A model generated the notes under the pieces. It was given only the letters and a program-made list of their open reading frames with translations. It had not been told where the DNA came from and did not search any database. Shown here piece after piece: positions 37,460 to 51,088 of a stretch of 64,000 bases of DNA; the first letter of the stretch is position 1, and every line of letters begins with the position of its first letter. The stretch comes from Octopus sinensis (Eukaryota). The stretch spans positions 160,828,001 through 160,892,000 of the forward strand of contig NC_042999.1 in assembly GCF_006345805.1 (NCBI RefSeq), given 5' to 3'. The translations under genes and the position numbers were made by a program.

Positions 37460-38246
37460 CAGATGAAAGTAGGAACTAGAAATTATGGAAGAGACCAATT
37501 GTAATGCAATGTAGGGCATGAGAGATGAGGTAAATAGTGCAGAAATTAAAAAAATATAATGACAGTTATTTGGAGGACCCTTTATTTGTTTTGACAATTT
37601 TTCCCCTTCTGTTATTTCTTTGAAATAAAAAGAATTTGGCAGGATGAGTTGAACAGAGTTGAACAGAAAAAAAAAATGTCTGATTGAGTCATTAGGTCAC
37701 TAGCGAAGGTTTTGTCTTCATGCAATGTGTTTAGAGCAAGTTAACCTGGCAGAAAGTACCTTTCCCTTCAAATTAAACTTACCCTCCAAGAACATATGAA
37801 CTCAGTACCATCAGCCAGCAAAAACTTTCATCATTTACATAGTGCTTCTGCTACTTACAGAAGTGAACTACACTTCCCCATGGTAGCTGTTTGGAGCTTG
37901 GTGGATTGAATCACTGATAGTAAAATGTTTTTGCCAGAAGTACAGTGTAGTGTTGGCAATGAAATATATACGGTCAGCTGTAGATCTATTAGTGACTCAA
38001 CCAGCTGCAATTCTCAAGGACAGAAAACAAACCACCAATCTTCAGTAATACAACTGAGCCTACCGTCCTACAGCTGATCCACTATATATTATTGTGTTAT
38101 AACGTACATATTTTTATTTATCATACCATATATGTCATTTTTATGTTATTTAATTGCAATTCCTCAAATTGTTCATGTTGAGATAATATCTGTAAATCTT
38201 ATTTCAGATCTTATATACATTTTTTTTTTCTTTTTGTTTAATAAAG

Positions 38247-38390
38247 GTTTGTTTGTTGGTACTTTAATGAACCAAATTGGAGGACCTGGTGTGATTATTA
38301 TTGGAGGATTTTTCCAAGGATTAATGCTGTTTGTCTCCGCGTTTGCTAATAGTGCTTTCTTTTTGTTTGTTTCTGTTGGTCTTTGTTTTG
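38247..38390 (+). CDS. SLC16/MCT-like transporter, coding exon 3
   Basis: Polypyrimidine tract + aaag|, 144-nt phase 1-1 exon GLFVGTLMNQIGGPGVIIIGGFFQGLMLFVSAFANSAFFLFVSVGLCFG, donor G|gtaagt. Confidence 0.9.
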
Positions 38391-39558
38391 GTAAGTATAA
38401 CATCAAAAATAATGATTTATAACATTGGTACGAGACCATGAATAATGTTTGGATGGTGGGGGGTGGGGGTGAGGCTATAGTCATTCTAAATACCTCTCCC
38501 ATCACTTGATGGTATTTATTTTTTATTTTATTAAACATTAAAGGATGAAAGACAGAATTTCAACCTCAGATGTAAAGGAATTTAATGCTATAAAGCCCTT
38601 TTTATTCAATGCTCAACAACCTCTGCAAATGATGGTATTCATGATATCAGATAAGAAGAGTATTAACTCTTTATATTTGCAAATATTTTATCAAAATGCT
38701 TTAAAGGGGTCACAGATGTCTGCTTTTGGATAGGATGCCAATCAATAAGAAATACTGGTCTCTTGATCTGCTAGAAATTACAGCAAATTCCCCCAGAAAC
38801 ATTCTGACATACAGAATGACAGTATGGTAATAACAGGGCTACATTTTATTGTAGGCCTACTAATTCTGGGCTGACTTTGTTCATACCCCCCCCCCCTTCA
38901 AATATTGAGCTCAGTAATGCAAGGTAGTCAATTAGACAGTCTTTATGACACTTAGACTGATGGGTTGACTGTAACACCTCACTGTATCTATTTACAGTTA
39001 TGCTGGACCGTTGGCAGTTGAGTGTCTTTGACAGGGGCACATAAAGAGTATCAAGTCACAAACAAACCACTAATTTTTTTTCAGTTAGTATGCTGAACTA
39101 GAGATATATGCCATAGTAATATTCTTAGGTAGCATGCTGACTGTTTATAGTGCGAATAACAATACTATTTTAGCAATTATAGCAACCTGTACTGCAGATA
39201 ATTCCAGTATATATTGGTAACTTTCAAATATTAGAAAAAAAGATGAACATGTTCCAGCTGAAAAGATTATGAACATCCAGTAATTATAAAAAAAAAAAGA
39301 AAAGCAGTACAAAGAATATGAGTATGTCTGTGTGTCGCCTAGCTTACACTTTCTTTCTAATTGTGTAACCTGACTTACTGTGCATTGTGCCAAGTACCAG
39401 ATACAAAAGGATACTTGTTAGGGTTATCAGAAATGCAAAACCCAAACACATCAATTCTGATCTCTTTTACCATGTTGATATCATATGTGAAGATCTTCCC
39501 AAAGTGTATCTACTAATACTAAACATACAGCTAAGTGGATTATAGATATACAATAACA

Positions 39559-39754
39559 CAGTGCTTTTCAAACTTTTTGCTGGAGCAGAACCCCAAGAAA
39601 ACATTTCACTGGCTCGAGGAACCCCTGTGCAATAATTTAATTGTCCTATGCACACATATCTGCATAGGGGAATTAAAAATTACTGCCAATTTTAGCCGTT
39701 TTGTAACTTCTTGCGGAACCCTAAGTTCCGTGGAACCCTGGTTGAAAACCACTG
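39559..39754. mobile_element. hAT-type MITE
   Basis: TIRs cagtgcttttcaa / ttgaaaaccactg; 8-bp TSD caataaca on both sides. Confidence 0.9.
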
Positions 39755-39935
39755 CAATAACATATGCAATACATTGTGATGTATTAGCTCACACGATGCC
39801 CTCCTTGAAATTTTTAGGGCCTCATCAATTCCAAACTGGACTTAGAGTGTGTTTGTTCACCATCTCAAGTAATTTCTTATAAATTCGGTAAACAACAAAC
39901 ATGACACTAATGTATATTTTTATTTTTACTTTTAG

Positions 39936-40425
39936 GGATTGGATGTTCTCTTGTGTATGTAACCGTTTTTGTAGTTGTTGGAATTTATTTTGGTAGCAGG
40001 GCAACAATTTTCATCGCACTTCTGTCAACAGCTGGACCAATTGGAGCAGTTGTATTTCCACTTATTATTCCCTATATTATCAGTGTTTATAATTGGAATT
40101 ACTGCCTTTTCATCTTGTCTGGAATCAGCTTCAACGTTTGCCCACTAGGGCTGTATATATTGTTTTGTCAGAATCGTGCTAATAAAGCAAACCAGGAATA
40201 CATCATTCAGCTTCCTATTAAGCTGAAAGCCAGAAAAAAGCTTTTGGATGTAACTGTATTCAATAATTTCATGTTTAACCTTTTTTTGCTCCCTCTTTGC
40301 CTGAGCTGTGGTTTTATGAATTTTACATTTAGTATTTACGCCAGTTATATGGATAACAAAGGCTTCAGTCTGATGCAAACCACTCAACAGTACTCCATCT
40401 TGTGTTCTGCATCAATTATTGCCAG
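39936..40425 (+). CDS. SLC16/MCT-like transporter, coding exon 4
   Basis: tttttacttttag|; GIGCSLVYVTVFVVVGIYFGSRATIFIALLSTAGPIGAVVFPLIIPYIISVYNWNYCLFILSGISFNVC resembles MCT TM4-TM6; LLDVTVFNNFMF precedes TM7; donor AG|gttagt (phase 2). Confidence 0.9.
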
Positions 40426-40869
40426 GTTAGTTAAACTTGTTTTATACCCTATAAAATAATTTTCTTCCCATTATAGTGTTTATGGTACATGTTTAGGTGA
40501 AAATTTGTTTCCTGCAATTAAATTTGAGGCATAACCTTATCACAAACTTTTGAAAGCATTAATCAGTTTATGTAAAAAGTAACCAACCTGTTGATCAGAT
40601 CCTGTATATTTACAGTATCACTGTATAAGCATTTAATTTTAATTTAATTTTTTTCCATAATTTTTTTCAACAAATTGTGTTTTTTTTTGTATTCGATAAA
40701 TACTTGAGCTGTATAAAAATAAATTTATTGAAAAATACGAGAAACTAAATATTTATATACTCATGTTTAAATGTATAGGAGCTTCTGACAAGAAAAATTT
40801 ATATTTCACACTAATAAAATGCCAACTCTTAGCTAGGAAGGAGACAATCCAAACAATATAATTACAGCA

Positions 40870-43800
40870 GCACTAAAAGGTGATGGTCACACAAGGACCA
40901 CAGCTCAGATAGAGTGAAAGAAACAAGAATTCATTTGCTTCTGTGCTCTCATCAGACCTCACATTAGCCATCTTTAAAAACAAACACAAAAAAGGTGACA
41001 AGAATGGAAACACTGATGTGAGTGAGAGATGTTTCCCTGGTCCTACAAACCCAGACCCCCAAAGGAACAAAGATGAAGCCATGAGTGAGAGGTCTGCCTG
41101 GGAAGGAGACACCAGTACTAATGGCCCTATCACCACCAATGCGAACAACTGAGGAGACAAGGGAGCTAAAAGAAGAAAGGAAAAAAGGAAAGCAAACAGG
41201 AACAGAAAGATGATGAATAAAAAGGAAGAGAAAGAAAAACAAAAAACAATTCCCAAGAAAAATATCAAGGAAAGAAATAAGTTGGGCTACCCATGCAGCA
41301 AGGTACTATTAGTAAAGAAGAAAACTTTGGGATGAAAAAGATCCTGGACAATAGAAATGATATAAAAGAGAACACACCTGAGTGCGTAGGTTCTAGCTGC
41401 ATGATGCCTGCTGGCATGAAGGTAACAGTGCAAACTGCCATTTCACACACCCAAAACCATACCTATTTCTTTATTACCCACAAGGGGCTAAACATAGAAG
41501 GGACAAACAAGGACAGACATAGGTATTAAGTCGATTACATTGACCCCAGTGTGCAACTGGTACTTAATTTATCGACCCCGAAAGGATGAAAAGCAAAGTT
41601 GACCCAAAACCATACCACAGCTGCATGCGGCAGGATGAAAGCTTCCCTCTAAAGGGACGAAATGATAAACAAAGACCCCAAACGGGGAAAAAAAAATCAT
41701 GCACCACTTGCACCAAAATAAAAATGTGCAGATGTAGTGCACACTACTTCCAATAGCCCTATCCAGATACAGTCATAAGGGCTGCTTCTGAGCATTCTTT
41801 TTTTGTGCATTGTGTAAAAGATTGTGCAGCCACTGACCTGATTACATTAATTTCAGCAAAGAAGTTATCCTCACCAACATACAAGACCATCACAGCCAAC
41901 AGGTACAGAGTGACCACCACTGGCATCAGCCCAGGTGTCATATTGATTCTCTTACTAAATATTAGAGGGCTGTTACATGCAAGCAAACTTTATACATAGC
42001 ACTCACTCAAATGCATCTAAGACTCAATACCGCTGATGCAGAAATGCACATACCAAAGTATGTTATATTGTGAACTGATAGAAAAGACAGAAGTCATACA
42101 CATGTAGCAATGTGTATCTGTGAAAACCTCATGTCCCAGGTCCTCTTGTCATACTCAAACTTAGTGTGTGACACACTGATTATACATATAAGACAACTCA
42201 ATATAGTTATATGTGCTATTTATCACCCACCAAATGCTCCAAATTACCTGGGCATATTTGAAGATTACCTTGCAAAAATAGAAGTCTTAACCAAATTGGA
42301 ACAACACTTCAGTGTACTTCTCATGTAGAATGGTTTGGGGTCCTTTTCCACTCAAGAATGATGCAGTGCAAACAAAGGCAGGTGGAATCCCTACTCAACC
42401 TTGCCAACACATTATGTAGTACTCCAGCTAACCAGGGCAAACAAGATACTTGATTTCTGCTTCACAAACAATATAGATCTCATCCATAATGTGTAAGTAA
42501 CACTGTTGCTAGTTTCAGATCATAATATAATAGAGATGACCATGTATGGTCCAAAGGAATACGCAGACATGCAGCCTATGAGAAGCACCCAAAATCTATC
42601 TATTCTAAACTTCTATAAAGCAGGCTGGAAATTGATTGAGAAAGAGCTCTTCAGACAGGATAGATCTCAATGTCTCTCCACAGCTTGTCCCAGAGAGAAA
42701 GACTACTGTAAATAAGAATAAAATTCCTTAGGAGAGTAAAGTTTTTTTGGGACAGCATACAAAAATTGCTAACCGTCTAAATAGAGAACTCAATGGCAGT
42801 GAAAAATCCTACCTGATAACAAAACTGCTGGAGACTGAGAAAAATATGAGATGCTCCCATGACAAAGAGAGAGCAGACAAAGAAGTCTGGGTTATGGAAA
42901 ATATAAAATCAAACCCTAAAGCCTTCTTTAAGTTTGCCAAAGAAACTGCCTCAATGCTTTTCAGGGTAGGGCTACTTCTCCAAAAATATGGCCCCCTTAT
43001 AAAAATTGCAATGAAGACAAGTGAAACACTGAGTGAATAATTCAGAAGTATTTTCACCCTACCCTTAAGGCACATGCAAGTCAGCAAACATGTAGAGTTC
43101 TTTACCACTACAGATATCAAAAAAGGAGGCAGTAACAATTGGTTACATTGATATAAAAGATGTAACACTGGCCATAGATAGAATAAACCTGAACTCAACT
43201 GCTGGCCCTGACGTTTTCCTGGCAATCCTTCTAAAATCGTGTAAACAAGACCTGGTGAAACCATTGCAGTCTCTCTTCTGGAGTTTCCTTTGCAAGTTGC
43301 AAACTTCCAGGCAAGTTGAGGGAGCAGAGCAGATGCCAAAAACTGTAGGCTTATCTCTCTAACCTCGCATATCAACAAAGTTATGGAACATAGTCTGAAG
43401 GAACCTAATCATGTTCCTTGAAGAAAATGACTAGCTGACTGACACCCAGCATGGTTTCTGGCCAAGAAGAAGCTGCTAAACACAGCTCTTACAACACAAT
43501 GGGTGTTGAAACAGCTGCTTAACCATTCAAATGTGAATGTAATATATCTTGACTTTGTGAAGGCCTAATATGTCATGAACTGTGTGATTTCGGCATAGTT
43601 GGAACATAATGAGTAGTGGCCCACAGTGCAGTGTCATGGGGGCCTCTGTTGTTCTTTGTTGCCCTCTTAGACACGCTCTCACCCACAGAGGACCACCATC
43701 ACAAGCTATGCAGATGACACAGAAGTTTCACAGCTAATATAAAACTGAAGATAGCACGTGCCTGCAACAAGAGTTAAATGCAATATACAAGTGGGTTGAT

Positions 43801-44620
43801 GACAATAATCTGCAGTTTAATGCTGGAAAGTTCCAAGCCCTTTGCTTTCAGCTGACAAAATACACTGGACCTGGAGAGGTCACAGTTCCAGAATCACAAT
43901 CAGTGTGTAACCTGGGCATTGACATGAGTTGTGATGCATATTACTAAGTTGGTAATGAAATACAGGCAGCTGACCAGATGGATTCTTAAGCTTTCAGAAC
44001 AAGAGAGCAGGAAACCATAACAGCTCTCTGGAAGACATTTGTCCTACATTGTTTTAACTATTGCTTCTGACTATGGTCATCACACAGTGTCAAATTAATA
44101 GCAGAACTCAAAACAGTCCAGTGAAGCTACATGAAAGCAACCTCAATGCAGCAAATTAGCTCCTGGGAAAGACTCAAGAAGTTAAGACTTTACTCTTTGG
44201 AATGAAGGAGGGAAAAATATACTGTAATATACTTCCGGAAGATCCTAGGACTTGTCCCAAACTTTAACATTGAAAGTTATACAAACACCATTGCATAGTG
44301 CCTAAAATTTCACCCCTGCTGTCAAAGTACAGGCCTGGATACAGCAAAAGATTGGAGTTCAAGAGCTCACAGATCTTCAATATCCTTCTGAAGGAACTGA
44401 GAAACCTACATAGTGTGGATGTATGTTTTCAAAACTAAACTGGATTTCCTGCTGTCAAGAGTCCAGATGAGCCAACTTCATGACAGGAAGCAGAAATGAG
44501 AGCAGCATCAGCATCAAACTCCCTCGTTCACCAAACCCTGACTATTAAAGGAGGATTAATGAAAATGTAGCAACATTAGTTGGTGCTGCTGCATAACCAC
44601 AGCCCTTGAGCTGAAACTAG
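40870..44620 (+). pseudogene. Old, heavily degraded CR1/L2-like LINE
   Basis: Endonuclease-like fragments (ICAIYHPPN, SDHNII), RT fragments collinear with 47830-49880, same 3' stem-loop end. 5' boundary approximate. Confidence 0.75.
41464..41601 (-). mobile_element. 5'-truncated SINE family C with 15-bp TSD
   Basis: Reverse complement of ~16781-16920; TSD acccaaaaccatacc at 41449-41463 and 41602-41616. Confidence 0.85.
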
Positions 44621-45304
44621 TGAAAGCTATATGATTTGTTATATTTATGAATTTGTTTTGCAAGATTCTTGATATGAAATTGTGTGTTAAAACAGGTATT
44701 ATTACATTTTGGGATAGTAATTTTTTTTTTTGCTTTTTCTCTTTAGCCAAATAAACACACACACTATATATTCATTCTTCACTCATTTATTATTATTCTT
44801 ATTTCATCTCAAGTCCATTGTCTGGAAATCTTTCATCACACATCTGTGGCTTCTTCAGTGACTCTTCCATCTCAGGACAGGAGAAAACATGTGTGATGAA
44901 AGATTTCCAGACAATGGACTTGAGATGAAATAAGAATAGTAAACAAGTGAAGAATGGATATATAGTGCATGTGTTTATTTGGTAAGAGAGAAAAAGATGA
45001 CCATCCCGAAATATAGCAATATATGATTTGATAAAGCACATACTATTTGCCATTAACTGTTGACTAGGTACATAAGAGTATAAGACTATTGCCATAGTTT
45101 ATTTCTAGACAAAGCAAATTAATGGTTGTTCATTTAATTTTCTTAATTAAAGTCCTTTACAGTAAGAAGGCTTTTCAACTGTAAATGTATATGTTCCTAA
45201 AACTTAGCATTTTAAACTTTTTCAAACTCTTTCTAGTGATAGAAATGTAGTTCTTTGTATTGTGAAAATCAAACTAACTCTTATTTTTTATCTTAAAACT
45301 ATAG

Positions 45305-45588
45305 GCTGAGTCTTGGTGTGGTGCTTCGATTAACAAGGTGGAGATTTGTGTATATATATACAATTGTCGCAATTGGATTTGGAATTACTATGTGTATTTC
45401 AACTGTTCTTCATTCTTATGAATTATTAGCAGTCTGCAATTTATTTGCGGGTCTGTTCCATGGAGGTCCTTGTGGATTATATCCTATTGCTATTTTGGAT
45501 TTTGTTGGTCCTGAGAAATACAGTTCTGGTATTGGTATTACTGAAACAGCAAATGGCGTTATTACCATCATTGAAGGGTTTCTAGCAG
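45305..45588 (+). CDS. SLC16/MCT-like transporter, coding exon 5
   Basis: atag| acceptor (phase 2); SYELLAVCNLFAGLFHGGPCGLYPIAILDFVGPEKYSSGIG resembles MCT TM10-11; donor G|gtaaga (phase 1). Confidence 0.9.
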
Positions 45589-46320
45589 GTAAGATTACTT
45601 CCAATGTTTTTAAAGATCTTTATTTGTTGTATTGAAGTAGTCACAATAAGTTATGTTCAAACTGCTAAATAATACAAAATTAATATATTGAATGTTAAGA
45701 ATTGTGTAACACCAGGTGTGACCTGCAGTGAGTCACAAGCTGGGTGAATGACTAGGTGCAACTCACAAATTTATTGTTCCAGAAATATACAATGTTTAAC
45801 TGAGGATCATATTTCTTACATCAAACACACAGAATCAATTATACTGGGTGTAATATGACAGTTTGGACACATTGTATTCTCTTCACTCCAGTTCCTTTCT
45901 CTATGCCTAATGCTGCTTCACCCCAAGTAAACCCTGATCTAGCAGACCTAGGTATTCAAGCTGTGATCATCTTTTATATTTTGTATATCTAAAACTGCAT
46001 TCAATATGTCAGTTCAGTATGTCCTTTATTCTTTAAAATGTAGGTTGGTGTCATTTGAGGGAATTTGGCTGCTATTTCTTAAAAATAACTGAATATATTG
46101 TATACAATATGTATTTTCTGGTGTGGTTATTTTAAATAAAAGCAATTAACTATTGGGTCATCCCATAAATATTGTGTTCTTTTTTTCAATTGCATGACCT
46201 GTAAATCAGAAGGGGATGGGATAAACTACCTGCATTAACTTGCTATAAAAGCAGGCAGAGATTTTACTTTGTACTTAGTCTCAGTCAAAATTTGGAAGAG
46301 TGCAGATTGATTTTAAGTTA

Positions 46321-46757
46321 TCTATCTATCTATCTATATAAAACTCAACTTGTGTGTCTGTGTGTGTATTATTTCCTCCTAGCCAACAAATCGTAGAACC
46401 ACCAAATGTGGGTCACTTAAAGTTTAGGCGAATGAAAATTGAACTGCGCTATTTCTGTTCCGAAATTCATCTCACAAGTGCAAAAATCGATAATGTCTTT
46501 GTTTAGGCCTTATCCCATGCATTGAAAAGTGAACTTTACTCAGTCAGCTGTTTGACGTGAACTGTGTTCACCACACGTGCAAGCATGCGTAAATTGCATG
46601 AAAAATAAAAAATCAAGATATAAAAACGAATCGCCGTAAACTTTGTAGAAATTCGCCAAAGAAATGAATTTTCGGGATGTAGCCTGGAGGGTTTTTTCGT
46701 ATTAATATATATATATATATATAAATGTATATATCATCATATATATATGCATGTATA

Positions 46758-46796
<39 letters not shown>

Positions 46797-47083
46797 TACA
46801 TATATACATATATGAGAGTATGATAGAAGAAGGCTAACTCTTCCTTCCGTAGAAGAAAAAATTCAAATCGGACCATGTTAACGCCAAAAGTTATTTACAT
46901 CAAAAAGGTGCCTTTTTTCTATGAAAATCCCTATTTTTTACGATGTTTTGACTGCGGTGTCGCCATTTTTCGGTGTATTTCACCTAAAGAGAAGAACAAG
47001 CTTCATACTGCCAAATTTTTACTTTTCAAAAATTCCAGTTCTAAAGGGTCTAAACAAACCACAATGCCTGGCGATACTGCTAG
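46321..47083 (+). mobile_element. Helitron-like element, related subfamily
   Basis: Starts tctatataaaactcaacttgtgtgtctg, ends gcctggcgatactgCTAG|T, sharing termini with 8276-8672. Confidence 0.6.
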
Positions 47084-47155
47084 TATATATATATATATAT
47101 ATATATATGTCCTATGTCAAAAGACACCTGTTGTTAATGTTCTGTTATTTGTATT

Positions 47156-47370
47156 TTACTCTTTTACTCTTTTACTTGTTTCAGTCATTTGACTGCGGCC
47201 ATGCTGGAGCACCGCCTTTAATCGAGCAACTCGATCCCAGGACTTATTCTTTGTAAGCCCAGTACTTATTCTATCGGTCTCTTTGCCGAACCGTTAAGTG
47301 ACGGGGACATAAACACACCAGCATCGGTTGTCAAGCGATGTTGGGGGGGACAAACACAGATATACAAACT

Positions 47371-47402
<32 letters not shown>

Positions 47403-47572
47403 CATATATACGACGGGTTCTTTCAGTTTCCATCTACCAAATCCACTCACAAGGCTGTGGTCGGCCCGAGGCTATAGTAGAAGACACTTGCCCAAGGTGC
47501 CACACAGTGGGACTGAACCCAGAACCATGTGGTTGGTAAACAAGCTACTTACCACACAGCCACTCCTGCGGC
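47156..47572 (-). mobile_element. SINE family A copy
   Basis: Reverse complement of family A. Confidence 0.9.
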
Positions 47573-47829
47573 TTTGTAAACAATTTCTCCATTTCTTTCT
47601 CAGTCCTTGTTTTCGTAAACATTCACTGATTTCTTCCAAAGAATCTAGTGCTCTTAGCTTAGTTTTCCCTTGGGGCTGGCCAGTTTGGAGCAATCTTGAG
47701 TATAACCAGCTGAAATTGCAAAGATAATCTGGAGCTCAATTGAGGAAAGAAAACTCCAAAAGACCCATCCTTGTTTATCTTGTCCCTTTTTTGTATCATC
47801 TGTCTGGACGTTTTGTGTTCTTTTCCCAT

Positions 47830-49880
47830 TTTTTTCATTCCCTTATTGCCTAAACAAGCAAATTGAAAGCAGTGAAAAGTCCCGCCTGAAAATACAACAG
47901 CTGGAAATTGAAAAATGTCTGCAACTCTCCCATGAAAAAGAAAGAGCAGACAAAGAAGCCTGGGCTATAGACAATATAAAATCTAACCCCTGAGCTTTCT
48001 ACAAGTTTGCCAAAGAAACAGCTTTGGTGCACTGCACGATAGGGCTACTCCTCGAAAAAGATGGTACACTGACAGGAAATCCAATGAGGACAAGTGAAAT
48101 ACAAAATGAGCAATTCAAAAGTATTTTCACTCCACCCCTAGGGCACTTTCAAGTCAGCAATCCAACTGACTTCTTTACCACTGCAGATATAAAGGAAGAC
48201 GATGTAATAAGGGCTATAGATGAAATGAACCTAAACTCAGCCACTGGCCCTGATGGATTCCCAGCAATCCTTCTAAAAGTATGTAAGTGAGTCCTAGCAA
48301 GACCACTGCAGTCCCTCTTTCAGAGCTTCCTTGCAACTGGCAAACTTCCAAGAACACCGAAGGAGGGTAAAATATGCCCTATTCATAAAGGAGGTTGCAG
48401 AGCGGAGGCCAAGAACTACAGACCTATCTCTCTGACCTCACACATCAGCAAGGTCATGGAACGAATAGTCAGAAGAAAACTAATCGCCTTCCTTGAAGAA
48501 AATAACTTGCTGCCTGACACCCAACCTGGTTTCCGACCAAGAAGAAGCTGCCTAACTCAGCTCTTACAACACTATGACTGGGTGCTGAAACAGCTGCTCA
48601 ACCACTCAAATGTGGAAGTGATATATCTCGACTTTGCAAAGACCTTTGATAAAGTCGATCATGGAATGATATGTCACAAACTGCGAGATCTTGGCATAGT
48701 TGGAAAATTGGGAGAATGGCTTCATGACTTTCTGAAAGATAGAAGTCAGGTGGTAGTAGCCAATGGGGCCACTTCCATTAACACGCAAATAGTGAGCGGT
48801 ATTCTGCAAGGCACTGTTTTGGGACCACTACTGTTCATAATGGCCCTCTCGGACATGCCCTCAGCCACGCAGAGAGCTACGATCACAAGTTATGCAGATG
48901 ATACAAAAGTTTCACCGGTAATACAGAACCCTGAAGACACTATGCACCTGCAATGTGAGCTGGACAAAATATACAAATGGGCTGAAAAGAATAGCATGCA
49001 GTTCAATGCTGAAAAGTTTCAAGCTTTATGCTATCAGCATGCAAAACTAAATGCAATACCCAATAAATACACTAGACCTGGAGGGATTTCAATCCCAGAG
49101 GCACAATTAGGGCGAGACCTGTGCATTTACATGAGTAATGACGCAACCTTTCATGTGCATGTTGTTAAATTGGCAATGAAATGTAGGCAGCTGACCAGAT
49201 GGATTCTTAGAACTTTTAGAACAAGAGACCAGGAAACCATGATGGTCTTCTGGAAAGCACTTGTCCTAAGCCACTTTGACTATTGCTCTCAGCTATGGTC
49301 ACCAACCAGTGTCAAATTAATCTCAGAACTTGAGGCAATCCAACAAAGCTACACGAAGAAGATAGCCTCTATGCAGCATATAAGCTATTGGGAAAGACTC
49401 AAGAGATGAAGACTCTATTCCTTAGAGCATAGGTAAGAAAAAATATGCCATAATATACATCTGGAAGATCCTAGAAGGACATGTCCCAAACTTTGGCATC
49501 GAGAGTTACACAATTACTAGAACTGGGCACCACTGTATAGTGCCAAGGACTCTAAATTTGCCATCAAGATGTAGGACAAGATACTGCAATAGCCTGGGCT
49601 TCAGAGGTCCACAGCTCCTCAATATCCTCCCAAAGGACCTGAGAGACCTGCATGGGGTGGATGTAGGTGTCTTCAAAATAAAGCTGCACCTCTTCTTGTC
49701 AGGAGTCCCAGATGAACCAACTTCGCGACAGGAGGTGTAGATGAGGGCAGCTGCATCAAATTCTCTAATGCACCAAATGTCAATTGCTAAAAAGCATTCG
49801 TGAAGTAAAATTATGTAGCAACACCAAATGGCAGTGCACCAGAATGGCCACAGCTCATGAGCTGAAACTAGATTAAAAAA
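47830..49880 (+). mobile_element. 5'-truncated CR1/L2-like LINE with reverse transcriptase
   Basis: SATGPDG, NYRPISLTS, GFRPRRSCLTQL, YLDFAKTFDKVDH, SGILQGTVLGPLLF, SYADDTKV, FDYCSQLWSP; internal stops. Confidence 0.92.
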
Positions 49881-50563
49881 AATATACACACATATATGCA
49901 TATATATATATGCACACACACGCATGTATATATATATATACACATATATATGCATATATATATATATATACAAAAAAGGATGAAATGTAATTAATTTAAT
50001 AAAATTAATAAATTTCACCTAGTAGATTTATCGGTATGGAAAAGACCATATTTGGTGAGAATTATATTAATTATAATAAAGGGTTAATTGCAACAAGTTG
50101 CTCAAAACCACATACCGAAAATATTAGAAATAGCAGCCAAATTGATTACTCTTTCTCCTGCTTGTAACTCACGTGGTAATTTGTAACTCACTTTTGTAAC
50201 TCACGTGGTAATTTTGGAGGGAAATGCGAATTAGCATGTTTATATAAATGTGGGGATGCTAGCAGTCCGTTAGATCGTTCGATGTCGCTGGTCGGGCCGG
50301 TGTAACGGGTAAGTTTTTTTCCCTAGCATTTCCAGATTTATTGGAAATATTATATTGACAAGGAAATGAGCCTTCGGCTCTAATCCAGAAGCGGTTTGTC
50401 GATTCGTCTATAATTAATCCATAGGCTGAGATTTCGTTATTTTCATTCTTTTTACCATATACGGGTTACAAATTCTGTTTGTTTGTGGATACTTTTATTA
50501 GTAGGAGAAATAGTGATCAATTTGGCTGCTATTTCTAATATTTTCGGTATGTGATTTTGAGCA

Positions 50564-50564
<1 letters not shown>

Positions 50565-50594
<30 letters not shown>

Positions 50595-50676
50595 CACATG
50601 TACATATATATATACACACATATATATATACACACACACACACATATATATACATACACACACACACCACACACAC

Positions 50677-50721
<45 letters not shown>

Positions 50722-50795
50722 ACACATATATATATATATATACACATATATATATATATACACACATATATATATATACACACATATATATATAT

Positions 50796-50833
<38 letters not shown>

Positions 50834-51088
50834 TATATATACACATATATATACATATATATATACACATATATATACATATATACAGACATATATATAT
50901 ATATATACACACATATATATACAAACACACACATATATATATACACACACACACATATATATATATACACGCATATATATACATACATATATATATGCAC
51001 ATATATATACACACACACACTTATATATCTATACACACATATACATATATATACATATAAATATATATCTACACATATATACACACAT
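50565..51088. repeat. Compound (TA)n/(CA)n microsatellite
   Basis: Seen directly. Confidence 0.95.
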
